A DNA stretch of 63,477 nt, filler included, from Neoconidiobolus thromboides FSU 785 (taxonomy: Eukaryota > Fungi > Entomophthoromycota): NCBI GenBank assembly GCA_025603075.1. It is 8 parts of 8 records of this genome, joined end to end, with 100 filler letters (N's around TTAATTAATTAA, not from the genome) between each part and the next. Parts side by side here need not be neighbours in the genome. Positions count along the whole stretch, not along the records: positions 13,448 to 28,452 come from MU626599.1; positions 28,553 to 37,579 come from MU626669.1; 6 more parts are not named here. One strand, 5' to 3'. A program made the translations under genes and the position numbers. The notes under the pieces were generated by a model. That model made no database searches and had not been told where the DNA came from. It worked only from the letters and a program-made list of their open reading frames with translations. Positions 26,102 to 37,579 of the stretch are shown piece after piece (the first letter of the stretch is position 1; each line of letters opens with the position of its first letter).

Positions 26102-26752
26102 ATTGATTTATACTCAATATCAATACTATCTACATGGTTGTCAAATCAATCCTCAAAGTCCATCATTTTAGTATGCTGTAAGAAATACTCAAAGTTGCGT
26201 AATTCAATTTTTAGCAACCAAAAATGGAAATTATATACCTTGAATTTTAAAGTGTCAGCTGCTGCAATTTTATTGCGACTAATTATCAATTTGAGAACAA
26301 AATTTTGCTATATTTTAAAAAATGGCATCAAAAAAGCAAAACAAACATATAAGTGGTTCTAAAAATTACCGCAAATTTGCTCGTAATAGAGCTATAGTAG
26401 TTATATATAATTGAATTATTGTCTATGGTTATACCTTTGTAGTAGTTTATAATTTTCGACTTGGTTGGACAAGATAATTAACATTTATTAGGAGTAATGG
26501 AATTAAGGTGTGAGTCGGTAAGAAGTATTGCTTATTTTATTGATGAAGAGTTGATAGTGAAAGGTTAAATGAAGCAGGAGATAAAGTTAGTACATTAAAT
26601 TGATGATAAAAATGAACTAGTATTAGAAAATAGAATAAACTATTAGATATATTCTATTGCTTTTTACTAATAAAGAGGTTATCAAATCTTATATAACCAT
26701 TTGGATAACTTAAGACTATTAGATTAATGTTTAATAATTTCAAATAATGTAT

Positions 26753-26850
26753 GAGGATGTATTCTATTATTTGAGAGTTTTACTAACACTTTTTCGCTCA
26801 AATAGCGGCTTAAAAAGTGGAAAAAGTAATGAAACCAAAAAAACATCCCT
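26753..26850 (+). mobile_element. MITE family A copy
   Basis: AT|GAGGATGT...AAAAAAACATCCCT|AT. Confidence 0.82.
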
Positions 26851-27297
26851 ATCAGGTAAAATAGATATCAATCAATTTCAAGATTTGAGACTTTTATTTG
26901 TGAACATAATAAAATTAATAACTCAATTGTTAATAATGGAGAAATAGATATAATTTTTAAAAAGTATGAAAGAAACAAAAATATAAAATAATAGAAATAC
27001 AAGGTAAAGAAGTATTTACACTTTATTGAATGTAACAATAGACTACATTGTTATTCAGTATCCAACACATCAAAAAAAGCGACATAATTCCAATTAAAGT
27101 TATAGAGTCTATAGAAAATAGAAAAACTAAAAGATCAATTCCAGCTTACCTTACGAAAATAACAGAATTTAAAATTTTCGATATTTACTAAGCAAGTAAG
27201 CAGTTTGTTGAATGATAGAAATAGATTATTAAATGTTAATATCACTTAAGTCATTAATATATAAGTTAATAAATAGTCGAATGATAAGTAACTATAA

Positions 27298-27696
27298 TAA
27301 TATGTAAAAACTATTATTATATTACTTGTACTATATAGGGATGATTAATTATAGTTTGGGATTAATCACTCCCTCCCGTGAAGCTATTTATTAACTTTGA
27401 TATACCAATGATGCAATTACAACATTAAAATAGTTTATTTATTTGATAACAAATCTGCAATGTTGATTATAAAGCAATCGATAATAAATGTTTCTCAATA
27501 AAGTTTCATAAAAATATGTATTTAAGATCTAGTAGAAATTCAGCTAACTCACAGTATAAACTATAATACAATAATTTAGAACTGCGTCCGGGTACTTTTG
27601 TTCTAATAAAAAATTTGTTTTTATAGAATTTTTAAGTTTTTAAAATAAAAATATTTAAAAACTGGATAAAATAATGAAACTAATTTAGACATTCCC
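27298..27696 (+). mobile_element. TIR element family B, right end abutting the ABCB pseudogene (left limit uncertain)
   Basis: About 400 bp aligns with 8358-8761; ends GAAACTAATTTAGACATTCCC|AT. Confidence 0.78.
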
Positions 27697-28452
27697 ATAT
27701 GGTCTTTCACTAACAATGAAAATATTCTTATAGTCATCTTAGCCACCATGTATTCAATATTGATGGAGTAGCACAACCTTTAATATCTTCAATCTTTGTT
27801 ATTGTATTAAACATGGTTACAATTTATACTTCGAAATTTAAAACCGATACGGTAGGAGGAGCTAAAACATTACAATCTAATGTGAATGGCTTATGTTTAC
27901 AATTTGTTTGGATTGGTATAGCTACTTTAGTTACCGCTTATGACTAAATGAGTTTATGGATGGCTGCTGGTGAATTACAAGCAGTTAGAATTCGTCACCA
28001 TTATTACCGTGCTATTTTATCTCAAGAAATGGGTTGGTTTGATTCCTCCTCTTCTGGTGATATTTCTTCAAGAATTTCAGGTGATGTTAATTTAGTTCAA
28101 GAAGGTATCTCAGAAAAAATTGGTTTAATGATACAATATGTATCCACTTTTATTACTGGTTTTGTTATTGCTTTTGTCAAAGGTTGGAAATTAACTTTAG
28201 TTTTATTGGCTGTCGTCCCTTTATTAGCTGGTTGTGGTGCATTCATTGCCAAATTAATCTCTTCAAAGTCCGCTGGTGGTCAATCAGCTTATGGCGAAGC
28301 TGGTTCTATTGCTGAAGAAGTATTTGCTGCTATTAGAACTGTCCACTCATTTGGGTCTCAAAAGCGTGAAGTTGATCGTTATGAAACTAAAATCTTTAAA
28401 GCACGTAAAGATGGATTTAGGAAAGCCATTATTACTGGATTAGGTATTGGTA
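27697..28452 (+). pseudogene. ABCB transporter paralog: 5' end lost at a TE junction, one frameshift and one premature stop; runs into a gap
   Basis: IWSFTNNENILIVILATMYSIL/(-1 nt)GVAQPL... diverged from the 13448-14061 copy, then near-identical from about 27875. TAT GAC TAA ATG replaces TAT GGC CAA ATG. Confidence 0.8.
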
Positions 28453-28552
28453 NNNNNNNNNNNNNNNNNNNNNNNNNNNNNNNNNNNNNNNNNNNNTTAA
28501 TTAATTAANNNNNNNNNNNNNNNNNNNNNNNNNNNNNNNNNNNNNNNNNNNN

Positions 28553-28647
28553 TAAGGAACAGCAACGTCAAATTACTATTGATTAAGTGAATTAAGCTAT
28601 CTTATATATATTTTATAAATTTATTTTTTCATTGTAAATAAAATATT
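28553..28647 (+). repeat. 95-bp sequence identical to the reverse complement of 37485-37579; begins with a short frame KEQQRQITID* (possible ABCB C-terminus plus 3'UTR)
   Basis: Base-by-base identity of the two contig ends in inverted orientation; the ABCB assignment is inference. Confidence 0.85.
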
Positions 28648-29077
28648 CAAACATAATTCTAACTTTCTACATCATATCAATATCTACATTTGTGTACATT
28701 AATGTTTATTTTTATTGATCATTTAATAATAAGATCAATTTGAAAATGTAGCTAATTTTTTTTATTTTATGATTATAGCTAATAATATCAAAATTTAGTG
28801 ATGTATATTACATTTATTTTGAAGTAGACTTGTTATTTAATAATGTTATAAGTTATTATCTCTAAACAATATTAGTCATTCTCTTGTATAAAAACATCAG
28901 CTTCAAACTAAGCAACTATAAAAGGTAACTTTAGGATAAGGTTATCCCCAAAAAATGAATTGAACCAACCAATTGTTGTCGAAATGCAAGAATTGCACAA
29001 AAAAATTTTCAAGTGATATAAAATGTACAAAAATTACCAGGTTTCATTCTTTTTATAAAAAAGTTAAAAATAACAGA

Positions 29078-30634
29078 ATGGATTTAATTAATGTTGAAGA
29101 CCAACTATCTGATTTAATATCAGATTGTGCTACTACTTTTGAAAAGCCAGAGACAGCAGAGAACTGGAGCAAATATGAGATTAAAATGAAAAAATTAAAG
29201 ACACAGCTACTCGCAAATGAAGACTATTTGCAATGTAACAACTTTCAAACTTTATTTTCAAAAATCCATACACCAATAATGAAATCTGTATCTACAGATA
29301 GGACACGCTTATCATTAGCCACTCAAGAATTAGTATCAGTATTAGCTTTAGGATTGAAACAAGATTTTCAGCCGTATGTAATTAATTTCATAACCACCCT
29401 AATCAAAGTATTGGGAAAAAATCGGTTATTACGAGAAAAGGCATATAAGACACTATCAGATATAGTAGAGAGCTATCCATATCGTGGTATGTTACAAGAG
29501 TTTCAAAAAGGGTTAAAGGATAGCAATATTTATGTTAGAGAAACTTGCATAATTTTAATTGATTCTTTTATTTATAATTGGGAATTGGATTCTACAATGA
29601 ATTTTTTTGATACTATTGAAAAATGTTTATCACAGGGCTTATCAGATAAAGACATTAATGTTCGAAATGTTGTGAAACATACATATCAATTGTATACTTA
29701 TCGTTGTCCAGAAAGGCAGAAGAAAATAGATGGTTATTTAAGTGAAGCTATTTTGAAGAATATTCAAAAGTATCCATATCCTACATTAGCAAGGAAACTA
29801 AATCGAGAAGTTCAAGTCTTTGAGAAACAAAAAGAGGATTCAGAAGTTTTAAATAGGTCCCTATTGGAAAAAAGTACAGATCCCATTAAAGAAAGTCAAA
29901 TTTCTTCTCAGAGTAATAAGCAACAAGAAAGTTCAAACCCACGCAAAACCATTATTCAATATCCTATGGCTAATTATTCATTAGTAAAATCAAAAATAAG
30001 TTCATTTCACAATAAAGAGGTAGTTCAATTCCAATGTAAAGGTGAAAGGTTAATTAAAATTAATGAAAAAAGCGATAATTTACAAGATAAGAAGCAGATA
30101 ACGAAACTTCCAAGTAGATCCAACTCTGCTCTTTCAACTACCAAATTAGTTAAAAGGACGTTTACAGGGATTAGCAATCCTAGAGTAAGTAGCGTTGATA
30201 GCAAACCTAATTTAAAACGTAGCCATGAGACAATGAAGCAAAAAAGCAGTGTTACTTTAATCACTTCATCTCAAACCAAACCAGCTAAACGTATCATTTC
30301 TCATCCTATACCTGATTATTCTTGGGTAAAACCTAAAGTTCAAACCTTTCGTACACGTGAAGAAACAGAAAAGCTTAATAGTTCTAGTTTATCACTTAAA
30401 ACTAGATCATCTTCAATTTCAAGTATCAAAGCACCAACACCAATAATTAAATTACAAAAGAAGAGATCAGTTCAAAGTATCTCAAAACCGGATAATAATG
30501 GAAAACATGGAGTAGAGAGTAATGGAAATTCAAGTCAAAAGCAAGCTAATTTCAATAAAAATGGTTCAGTTAATCACAGTGAACCTAGTGAAGAATCAAT
30601 TTCTAGAGAATGTAAGCGAACTAAAAGTGAATAA
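29078..30634 (+). CDS. CLASP/Stu1-type single TOG (HEAT) domain protein with a basic Ser-rich tail; intronless
   Basis: First ATG at 29078. ETAENWSKYE...IMKSVSTDRTRLSLAT.ELV..LA..L...F.PY....VRE......IEKCLSQGLSDKD..VR, the CLASP_N pattern. Confidence 0.82.
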   Translation: MDLINVEDQLSDLISDCATTFEKPETAENWSKYEIKMKKLKTQLLANEDYLQCNNFQTLFSKIHTPIMKSVSTDRTRLSLATQELVSVLALGLKQDFQPYVINFITTLIKVLGKNRLLREKAYKTLSDIVESYPYRGMLQEFQKGLKDSNIYVRETCIILIDSFIYNWELDSTMNFFDTIEKCLSQGLSDKDINVRNVVKHTYQLYTYRCPERQKKIDGYLSEAILKNIQKYPYPTLARKLNREVQVFEKQKEDSEVLNRSLLEKSTDPIKESQISSQSNKQQESSNPRKTIIQYPMANYSLVKSKISSFHNKEVVQFQCKGERLIKINEKSDNLQDKKQITKLPSRSNSALSTTKLVKRTFTGISNPRVSSVDSKPNLKRSHETMKQKSSVTLITSSQTKPAKRIISHPIPDYSWVKPKVQTFRTREETEKLNSSSLSLKTRSSSISSIKAPTPIIKLQKKRSVQSISKPDNNGKHGVESNGNSSQKQANFNKNGSVNHSEPSEESISRECKRTKSE

Positions 30635-30939
30635 AAAAATTATGATTAAATATAAAGAATCACATTAGATCTTGAATAGCTGGTAATTAAGTATTTATAT
30701 AAATGAGTCCTATTCTTCTATGCAAAATAATTTAAAATAAAAAAAGTAAGGCTATTATTTTGTTATTTTTTAACTATTACTTGCTATTACTATTTTAATA
30801 TGACAAAATTAAACAAATTAACACTAACGAAAAGTTGAAATGCTTTATTATATAATATAGAGCCTTAATACCTAAATTTTTTATAAATCAAATAATAAAT
30901 ATATTTATAGATAATATAATGTTTGAATATTATTAACAA

Positions 30940-31107
30940 TTACTCCTCTTTTAAAGTAACAAACACGGCAATAGCTTCAGCTAATATATTATTTATAATC
31001 TTAATTGATTTTGGGTCACTATCAGGATCGGTATTCCCTAATATAGAAGGATGAAGATGCAAGGAGGTTATGAATGGAAGCAGAAGAAGATAATAGTGGA
31101 AGTGCAT
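30940..31107 (-). CDS. Small ORF (55 aa) with a signal-peptide-like N-terminus; below the ORF-track cutoff
   Basis: MHFHYYLLLLPFITSLHLHPSILGNTDPDSDPKSIKIINNILAEAIAVFVTLKEE*; visibly less AT-rich than its flanks. Confidence 0.4.
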   Translation of the reverse strand: MHFHYYLLLLPFITSLHLHPSILGNTDPDSDPKSIKIINNILAEAIAVFVTLKEE

Positions 31108-31880
31108 TGAAAGATGTAATAAAATAAAAGTAAAGAGTAAAATAGATTTAAAACTTGAATTCTCTTTTAACAGTTTTTATGTTGAATTTAAACTGTAACG
31201 TTCAATTTTATTAATTTCATTTTTACATTGATATAACTTAACTGAAAATCTTGTGCTTTTTTTAGGCAGTAATACAAAATCATGTTCATTTATTTTTAAA
31301 ATTCAATCGTGTTCAATTTTGGTCTCTTTAATTGTTAAAAAAAGAAATTTAAGTTAAAATTAAATTAAAATTTAAGTAAAAATTACTGCAATTTTTTCTT
31401 TTATCATTAGATAAAGGTTTCAACAAGTTGCTCATAAAACTTGCTTTATTTAGTAATGAGAGAGTTTATATTAATAAAATGAATGCTTTTAGTGTTTTAC
31501 TAAATAAGTTTTAGAAGTACCTATCTAAAATCTTCTTCTAGCGTATACTCCTCCTTTTCTTGATCAAAATATACTATTTTACTAACCTTATTGATGGATA
31601 AACTTACTAGTTTTCCTTTTTGTACTTTATGTTTAACCGAAACTTAAAGCGGATTTTCTCAATTGTGTAAAATTATTAGATTTATCAGATTTAAAATTTT
31701 GTAGTATGACGTACAATAAGACAGTGATTTCTATTTATCCTAATAAAAAGAATAAAAAGACAAACCAATAAGAAACTGAAAGCCGATAATAAAAAGAAGC
31801 GAATTGTACATAAAAGTAGAAAATAAACAAAAGCTCCTTTTTTATTGAAAAAAAAAGAAAATCAAAGCAATACATCAACT

Positions 31881-33915
31881 ATGGATCTCCATTTAGATGA
31901 ATTAAGTTATTGTTTATTATTAACTATAACTCTCTTATTAGTTTACAATTTCATTACCAACTTCAGTTATGATATTCATCCTAGTTTTATACTAAATCAA
32001 TGCATCACTTCACCAACCCGATTAAAAAACGAGTCTGTTGTTTACAGAAACCGTGCTACTCCTTTTAGTTCCGATTTAACTATTAGAGTAAGTCGACAAT
32101 TAAATGGACTAAACGATTGGTTAAATACTTGGATTAATGAGGCAAAGGTAAGTGTTAAGGGAGAAGTTCAAAATGTACCACAGGAATTACAAAAAGTCGG
32201 CAAAAGTATTAAAACATTGTGTGAGCGAAATTTATTCATTTATGATGATAGGAATTCATTTGAAAGTTTTACTGTATTTTTAGGTAATTATATTTTATTC
32301 TTATTTTTTGTTGTTTAATTATAATAATATCTTTTTTTAGCTTCGGTTTATTATGGTTTCCATTTAAATGTTATTGTGAATTTTGACCAAAAGATTAATG
32401 AATTAATTAAAGAAAATGATGTGTTTTTTATTAATGAAATTCAATTAGATGAAGCTATTAAAATAACTAAAGATAAAAATGTTATTTTAATTGTATTAGA
32501 TAAAGAGGTTGCATCTACTACTATCAATAATACAAAAGTTATATCTTTTAAGGAATTTATTAATAACGGATCAATTCAAGAGAGTACTGGTAAGTTTAGT
32601 TTTAATTTTAATTTTAATTATTATAGTTATTAATTTATATCTTATATCTTATACAAAACAGAAAGTAACAACAATGTTAAAATAAGTTATATTAAATATA
32701 ATAACAATGAGATTGATATTAATGAATTCAATGCCACTCATATTTATTCTAGCATCTCTGCTTTTTCACATTCATTTCCAATGCAGTTCCAAGTGGGACA
32801 AGAAGATAGCTATTTAACTACTAAAAATGCATTATTATCAGATGAAATTATGCGAATTTATTATTTTTTGTCCAAGAAAGTGACATATCATATTAAACCA
32901 CCAAAGGAGATCTCTAATTCAATTACTATTAAATATCAATCAAGTGAGGACCTAAATGATATTTTATTTTCCAACGAAATTCAATTCAATTTAAAATCAG
33001 AAGATTACGAGAATTTATATTCTACTAAGCCATGGTCTATAGTTACTTTTATTCAACAAGTTACTTTTGATTTTATAAAAAAAATTATGCAAAGAGATCG
33101 ACATTTATTGAATAATGTATTTACTAAACAAATATTAAATAACAATCATTCTAAATTAAGATTATTATATACTGATGATCCTTTTTTTCCAAAATCTCAT
33201 AGTCAAGCTATTAATGCTTTATTAGGCTGTCAATTAGTCAATAGTTTAACTCATAATAATATATTTGGTGTATTATCAAATACTTTGATTTATGATTATA
33301 TTAATCAAAATCAACTTGGAAGTCCAACATCTAGTTTAGAGTTTAAAATCATTTCAACTCAAGAAGAACCTTTAGACAATACTAAAATACTTGGTAAACT
33401 AGCATTTAAAGGTCATTCAAGTAATAAAGGAAATGAAGAGTATATAGTATCTGATTGGTTAGTTACTAATAATCAAACTGAATCATTAGTATTCTATGGA
33501 AGTGAAAAGGAACTTATTAAAAAGGAATATAACATTGAACAATTACCAGTTAGTCTAAAATTATTAGAAAGTATTATTGAAGCAAATTGTCCATATATTA
33601 AAAAAGCCGAATTAAATTTAAATCAATCTTATTTACAAGGTGGTTTTATACTTCGAGAGGGAAGAATTCAAGAGGTAATTATTTGTTATTTATTATTATT
33701 TATTATTATTTATTAAATTAAATCATATTTATTGATATTTTATTTATTACATTTAGTTATTAAAAATGCACCAATTAAACGAATTAGATTTAAACTCAAG
33801 TCGATTATTATCTTATATTACAAAAACTGTTCAAGTGGAAATTAATTCAACTTTAAAAGAATCTAATATTGAATTAGTATTGGATTTTAATAATTTTAAA
33901 TTAAAAAAAGAATAA
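31881..33915 (+). CDS. Membrane-anchored, degenerate acyl-CoA synthetase-like (ANL-fold) protein; 4 exons inferred
   Basis: N-terminal TM segment followed by DIHPSFILNQ..SPTRLKNESVVYRN, later LGSPTSSLEFKI and G.L..KG; three GT-AG introns; TAA at 33913-33915. Confidence 0.65.
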
Positions 33916-34086
33916 AATAAGATTGAATTTTGAATATAAATAATATTTTATTTTACGTTTTAAAACTTATTGTTTACTTATATAACAATTTTGCTAATAT
34001 AACATAATATATTATAATATAATAAATCTAAAAGTATTATGTAAAAAGAGAAAGAGATTAAATGTTGTATATTATAAAATTCATTT

Positions 34087-34986
34087 TTAACATCTAAATC
34101 TAAAATAAAAATATCGATCAATTTCTTGATAAAATTTAAATATTGTATGATTTTTCCAAGAACCCCAAAATAAATGTTGAACTTTAGCTTCTGGATCATA
34201 TTCTTCATCTGGTCCGTTAAACCCTGTATTAGGTAAAATATAAACTCCATTAATTAATTTTCCTTTTTTAATATCCAATTCCGTAGTATTCTTTAAACTT
34301 AAATAATCCATAACAGCATCCGTCCAAATTCCAGGTCCTGTCCAATTTAATACATCACAATAACTAGTATACGTTTTATTAATCATGATGGGTGTAATTT
34401 CTTTAATTTTATTAATCACATTTAATAAAATGGGATGTTTAGCTCTACTCATTATAGTCCACTGAGTAAATTGAATATCTCTTGCCATACCTTCTTCTTC
34501 ACAAACATATTCTTTGTTAGGTTCATAACCTTCCAAACCTAAGATCATATCAACATCTTCTTTACCATCACTCCAAGTATCTATGGGCCTTAAACAAATA
34601 GTATCTGTATCACTATAAATTCCTCCATAAAGATATAAAATTATATATCGAAAATAATCCGCTTTCAATACTGGTCTAGGTAGTAATTTAAATGCTTCAT
34701 ATACTTCTGAGTCCATATTATCTCGCACTATAGTATCAATTTCATAATCATTATATACTTTATATATATACTCTGGATTTCTAGACATCCAAAAATCTTT
34801 GATTTCTTTATATACATGGGTTTCATCTTTGGCCGTCATATGGATTAATTTATCAATTTTAGTATACGTTACAGTAGGATAAATGGCGGTATCTTCTCGA
34901 CATAAGCGACGTAAATTGTAAAGATAAATTAAAGTTATAAATACAAAACTTCCAATAATATAACCTATTTTTTTATATAGTCGCAT
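34087..34986 (-). CDS. GT32 (Och1/Hoc1-like) alpha-1,6-mannosyltransferase; intronless
   Basis: Type II membrane anchor; KLIHMT, PVLKADYFRYIILYLYGGIYSDTD (DXD), QFTQWTIMS...HPIL, WTGPGIWTDAV, VQHLFWGSWK. Confidence 0.93.
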   Translation of the reverse strand: MRLYKKIGYIIGSFVFITLIYLYNLRRLCREDTAIYPTVTYTKIDKLIHMTAKDETHVYKEIKDFWMSRNPEYIYKVYNDYEIDTIVRDNMDSEVYEAFKLLPRPVLKADYFRYIILYLYGGIYSDTDTICLRPIDTWSDGKEDVDMILGLEGYEPNKEYVCEEEGMARDIQFTQWTIMSRAKHPILLNVINKIKEITPIMINKTYTSYCDVLNWTGPGIWTDAVMDYLSLKNTTELDIKKGKLINGVYILPNTGFNGPDEEYDPEAKVQHLFWGSWKNHTIFKFYQEIDRYFYFRFRC

Positions 34987-35871
34987 TGTTGAAGAGAAAA
35001 GAACAGATTAAATTTATAATAAAAAGAAAAGATCAAATTTTAAGTAGAGTTGTATCTCAATTAATACTTGTGCTTATTCTTCAAGCAATTGATTGGTTCT
35101 TATATTTAATGTGGCAATTTTAATGGTGAATTTGAAAAGTATTCTTAGGTTAATTTAAGTTTAACCCCAACCCCCTGAATTGTTTAAATAGTTATGATAA
35201 CAATTAATTACTATTAACAGAGTTTAATATTATCAATGTTATCACTATTGATAACAATACATATAGCTATACTATAGTATATTTTATAGCATGTTATACT
35301 ATTGATATTATCCAATGAGTTTTTCTAATGATTATTAACAATTATTAAACTATGCATAATATTTTATTCTAAAGCTGCTTTCACAATCTTTGTTATCAAA
35401 ATGAATTGAATTCAATTTTTTATTGTTTTATTTTGATACAAAGCTTAAGCTTTTATATATTACATATTGCTTGAAACTTAATATAATATTAAAAACAAAG
35501 TAATGTAAATATTAATCTTATTAGCTTATCTCTCTTTATTCTTAGTAAATATTATTTACTAAAAATTTAATCATTAAAAACAAAGTTAATTGGTGGATCA
35601 AGTTAAAAGAACTCTAAAATCTGATTTTATGCTATTCAGGGTCTAATTAAGAAAAGTATTATATCAATTTTGGTAATATCAACTAAAATTGGGATTTATC
35701 TCAGAATAGAGTGTAGTATGGATAATGTTAGCTTTGATGTATTTTGCTATAGTATATATGGGTTTTAATAAGATTTTTGTGCTAAAATCACTTTTTAATA
35801 TTCTATTTCCACTTTATTATTATATTGTACTAATAAATAAATGATACTCATTAAAATAATACTTAATATAC

Positions 35872-35968
35872 GGGAATGTTTTTTGACTTCATTATTTTTT
35901 CCATCTTTTAAGCACTGTTTGAGTGGAAAAATTGTTAGTAAAGTTCTTAAACAAAAAAATACATCCCC
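35872..35968 (-). mobile_element. MITE family A copy
   Basis: Reverse consensus match, 87 bp beyond the trypsin stop codon. Confidence 0.87.
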
Positions 35969-36055
35969 ATTTCTTTACCTTGGATATCTTGAATGTTAAT
36001 AATAGTAAAAAAAAACTTGATAAATAAACTATAGTAAATCCCAAATTTACTTAAT

Positions 36056-36838
36056 TTAAGAATATTGGGCAATAAAGGATCTGAAAGCAGAGGTTCTTGC
36101 CCATACAGTAGGAACACCTTCGTAAGCACAAGGTTTACCGAAAGTAGTTGAACCAATTAAAACGTGACGACCATTAGCACCAGTAGTGAACAAAGGACCT
36201 CCAGAATCACCGTTACAAGCATCTTTACCACCTTCACCACCAGCACATACTTGCACCTTAATATCTACGTTGACGAAATGAGAGGTCCAATATTTAGAAC
36301 ACACGTTTTTATCAATAATTGGGATTGCAACTTCTCTTAAAACAGGAGATACTGACCCACCAGTTTGAGTTAATCCCCAACCAGCAGCAATCACTTTAAG
36401 CCCAGTTTGTTCACCATAAGTCCCATCATCCAAATCAATGCCATCAATATCTAAAGTAGTTGGAGTAGCTAATTTCCAAATAGAAACATCATTGGTATGA
36501 CGAGTTGGATTATAATTTGGATGGTTGATTACTTGAGATACTCCAATAGTTTCTCCATTTTCAGAAGATGAAGTTTGTGTCAAATTATGACGATGAATAT
36601 TCACGCTAAAAGTAGATACAGTCCCTTGAGAACAATGGGCAGCGGTTAAGACGGTGTTTTTGTTAAGGATTACACCACCACAGCCATGACGTCCATTGAA
36701 TTGTAAAGAAACTAACCAAGGATATTTGAATTTAGGAGAGACTTCAACACCACCAATGATACGATTATCCAAAGTTTGAGGGGAAGAGTAGATCGTACTG
36801 AAAAGGGTAATGAGGACGATAACAGATTTGATAAACAT
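36056..36838 (-). CDS. Secreted trypsin-like S1A serine protease
   Basis: Likely start MFIKSVIVLITLF (ATG 36838). Activation site R|IIGG; triad motifs TAAHC, NDVS and GDSGGP; Asp in the S1 pocket (KDAC). Confidence 0.96.
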   Translation of the reverse strand: MFIKSVIVLITLFSTIYSSPQTLDNRIIGGVEVSPKFKYPWLVSLQFNGRHGCGGVILNKNTVLTAAHCSQGTVSTFSVNIHRHNLTQTSSSENGETIGVSQVINHPNYNPTRHTNDVSIWKLATPTTLDIDGIDLDDGTYGEQTGLKVIAAGWGLTQTGGSVSPVLREVAIPIIDKNVCSKYWTSHFVNVDIKVQVCAGGEGGKDACNGDSGGPLFTTGANGRHVLIGSTTFGKPCAYEGVPTVWARTSAFRSFIAQYS

Positions 36839-37484
36839 TATTTTAATGCTCTCTTTATTTGAACAAAATAATTTTAGCCCTTTATTCAACTTATTTATAT
36901 AGTATTTATTGGCAACACGTCAAACTTTTTTAACCGATGATAATTCATGTTATAAGTCATTATTGTGGTTAGCGTTGGTGAATCTAAATTAGTCTGAAGA
37001 TTATCCATAATTTTAAAATGAGTGATTATTAACTTTTACTAAATGTAAGGTTAAATTCAATCAGATGAGAATATCATGTCTTTTTAATCATTTATTTTGT
37101 GCTAGTTGAATGGTTAGCTCGCTATTACTTATAGTTAATTAATGCATTTTATAAATTGAATTAGTAGGTTAATTGTTCTATTGATGGTTTACTCATATAC
37201 TTTAATAGATATTTTTTAATATATATGGATGTTAATTGATTTATGCAGATGATGGGCTCTGAATACAAATTTAATCTATTAAAACTAGTTTTTAGAAAAA
37301 AGTTAAAACTTATTTGAAGTTTTTGAATAATAATATCTTCTATTTTGTACTTTACAAGTAATAACATAATATTTTATAAACTTTTTATTAATATTTTTGC
37401 TTTGTAATTTATTTATAATTTATTTATATTTGAGATAAAATTAAAATTTCATAACTTTTATTACAAAACATTAAAATTAGTTTA

Positions 37485-37579
37485 AATATTTTATTTACAA
37501 TGAAAAAATAAATTTATAAAATATATATAAGATAGCTTAATTCACTTAATCAATAGTAATTTGACGTTGCTGTTCCTTA
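37485..37579 (-). repeat. Inverted identical copy of 28553-28647 at the opposite contig end
   Basis: 95-nt exact reverse-complement match. Confidence 0.85.

Noticed and set aside
26747-26947. Short ORFs in or across MITEs and AT-rich spacers (5103, 9516, 12586, 14101, 16587, 19704, 26057, 26747, 35947, 37161, 37821, 44128, 57566)
   Set aside because: F/I/L/K-rich compositional artefacts, many starting at TTG/GTG, with no domain signal.
27945-27947. TAA where the paralog has CAA (Gln), as a hint of stop-codon reassignment
   Set aside because: TAA terminates many conserved genes here (FRS2, KRR1, trypsin), tRNA-Gln has a normal TTG anticodon, and the same copy also carries a frameshift.
27930-27990. 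RIP-like mutation of the duplicated ABCB
   Set aside because: Only three transitions seen, in mixed dinucleotide contexts; too few to support RIP.
28973-29077. ORF-track 5' extensions (28973, 31845, 36889, 57018)
   Set aside because: For the first three, a downstream ATG (29078, 31881, 36838) matches the domain or signal-peptide start better than the track's start; for 57018 (a TTG) the true start lies in the gap.
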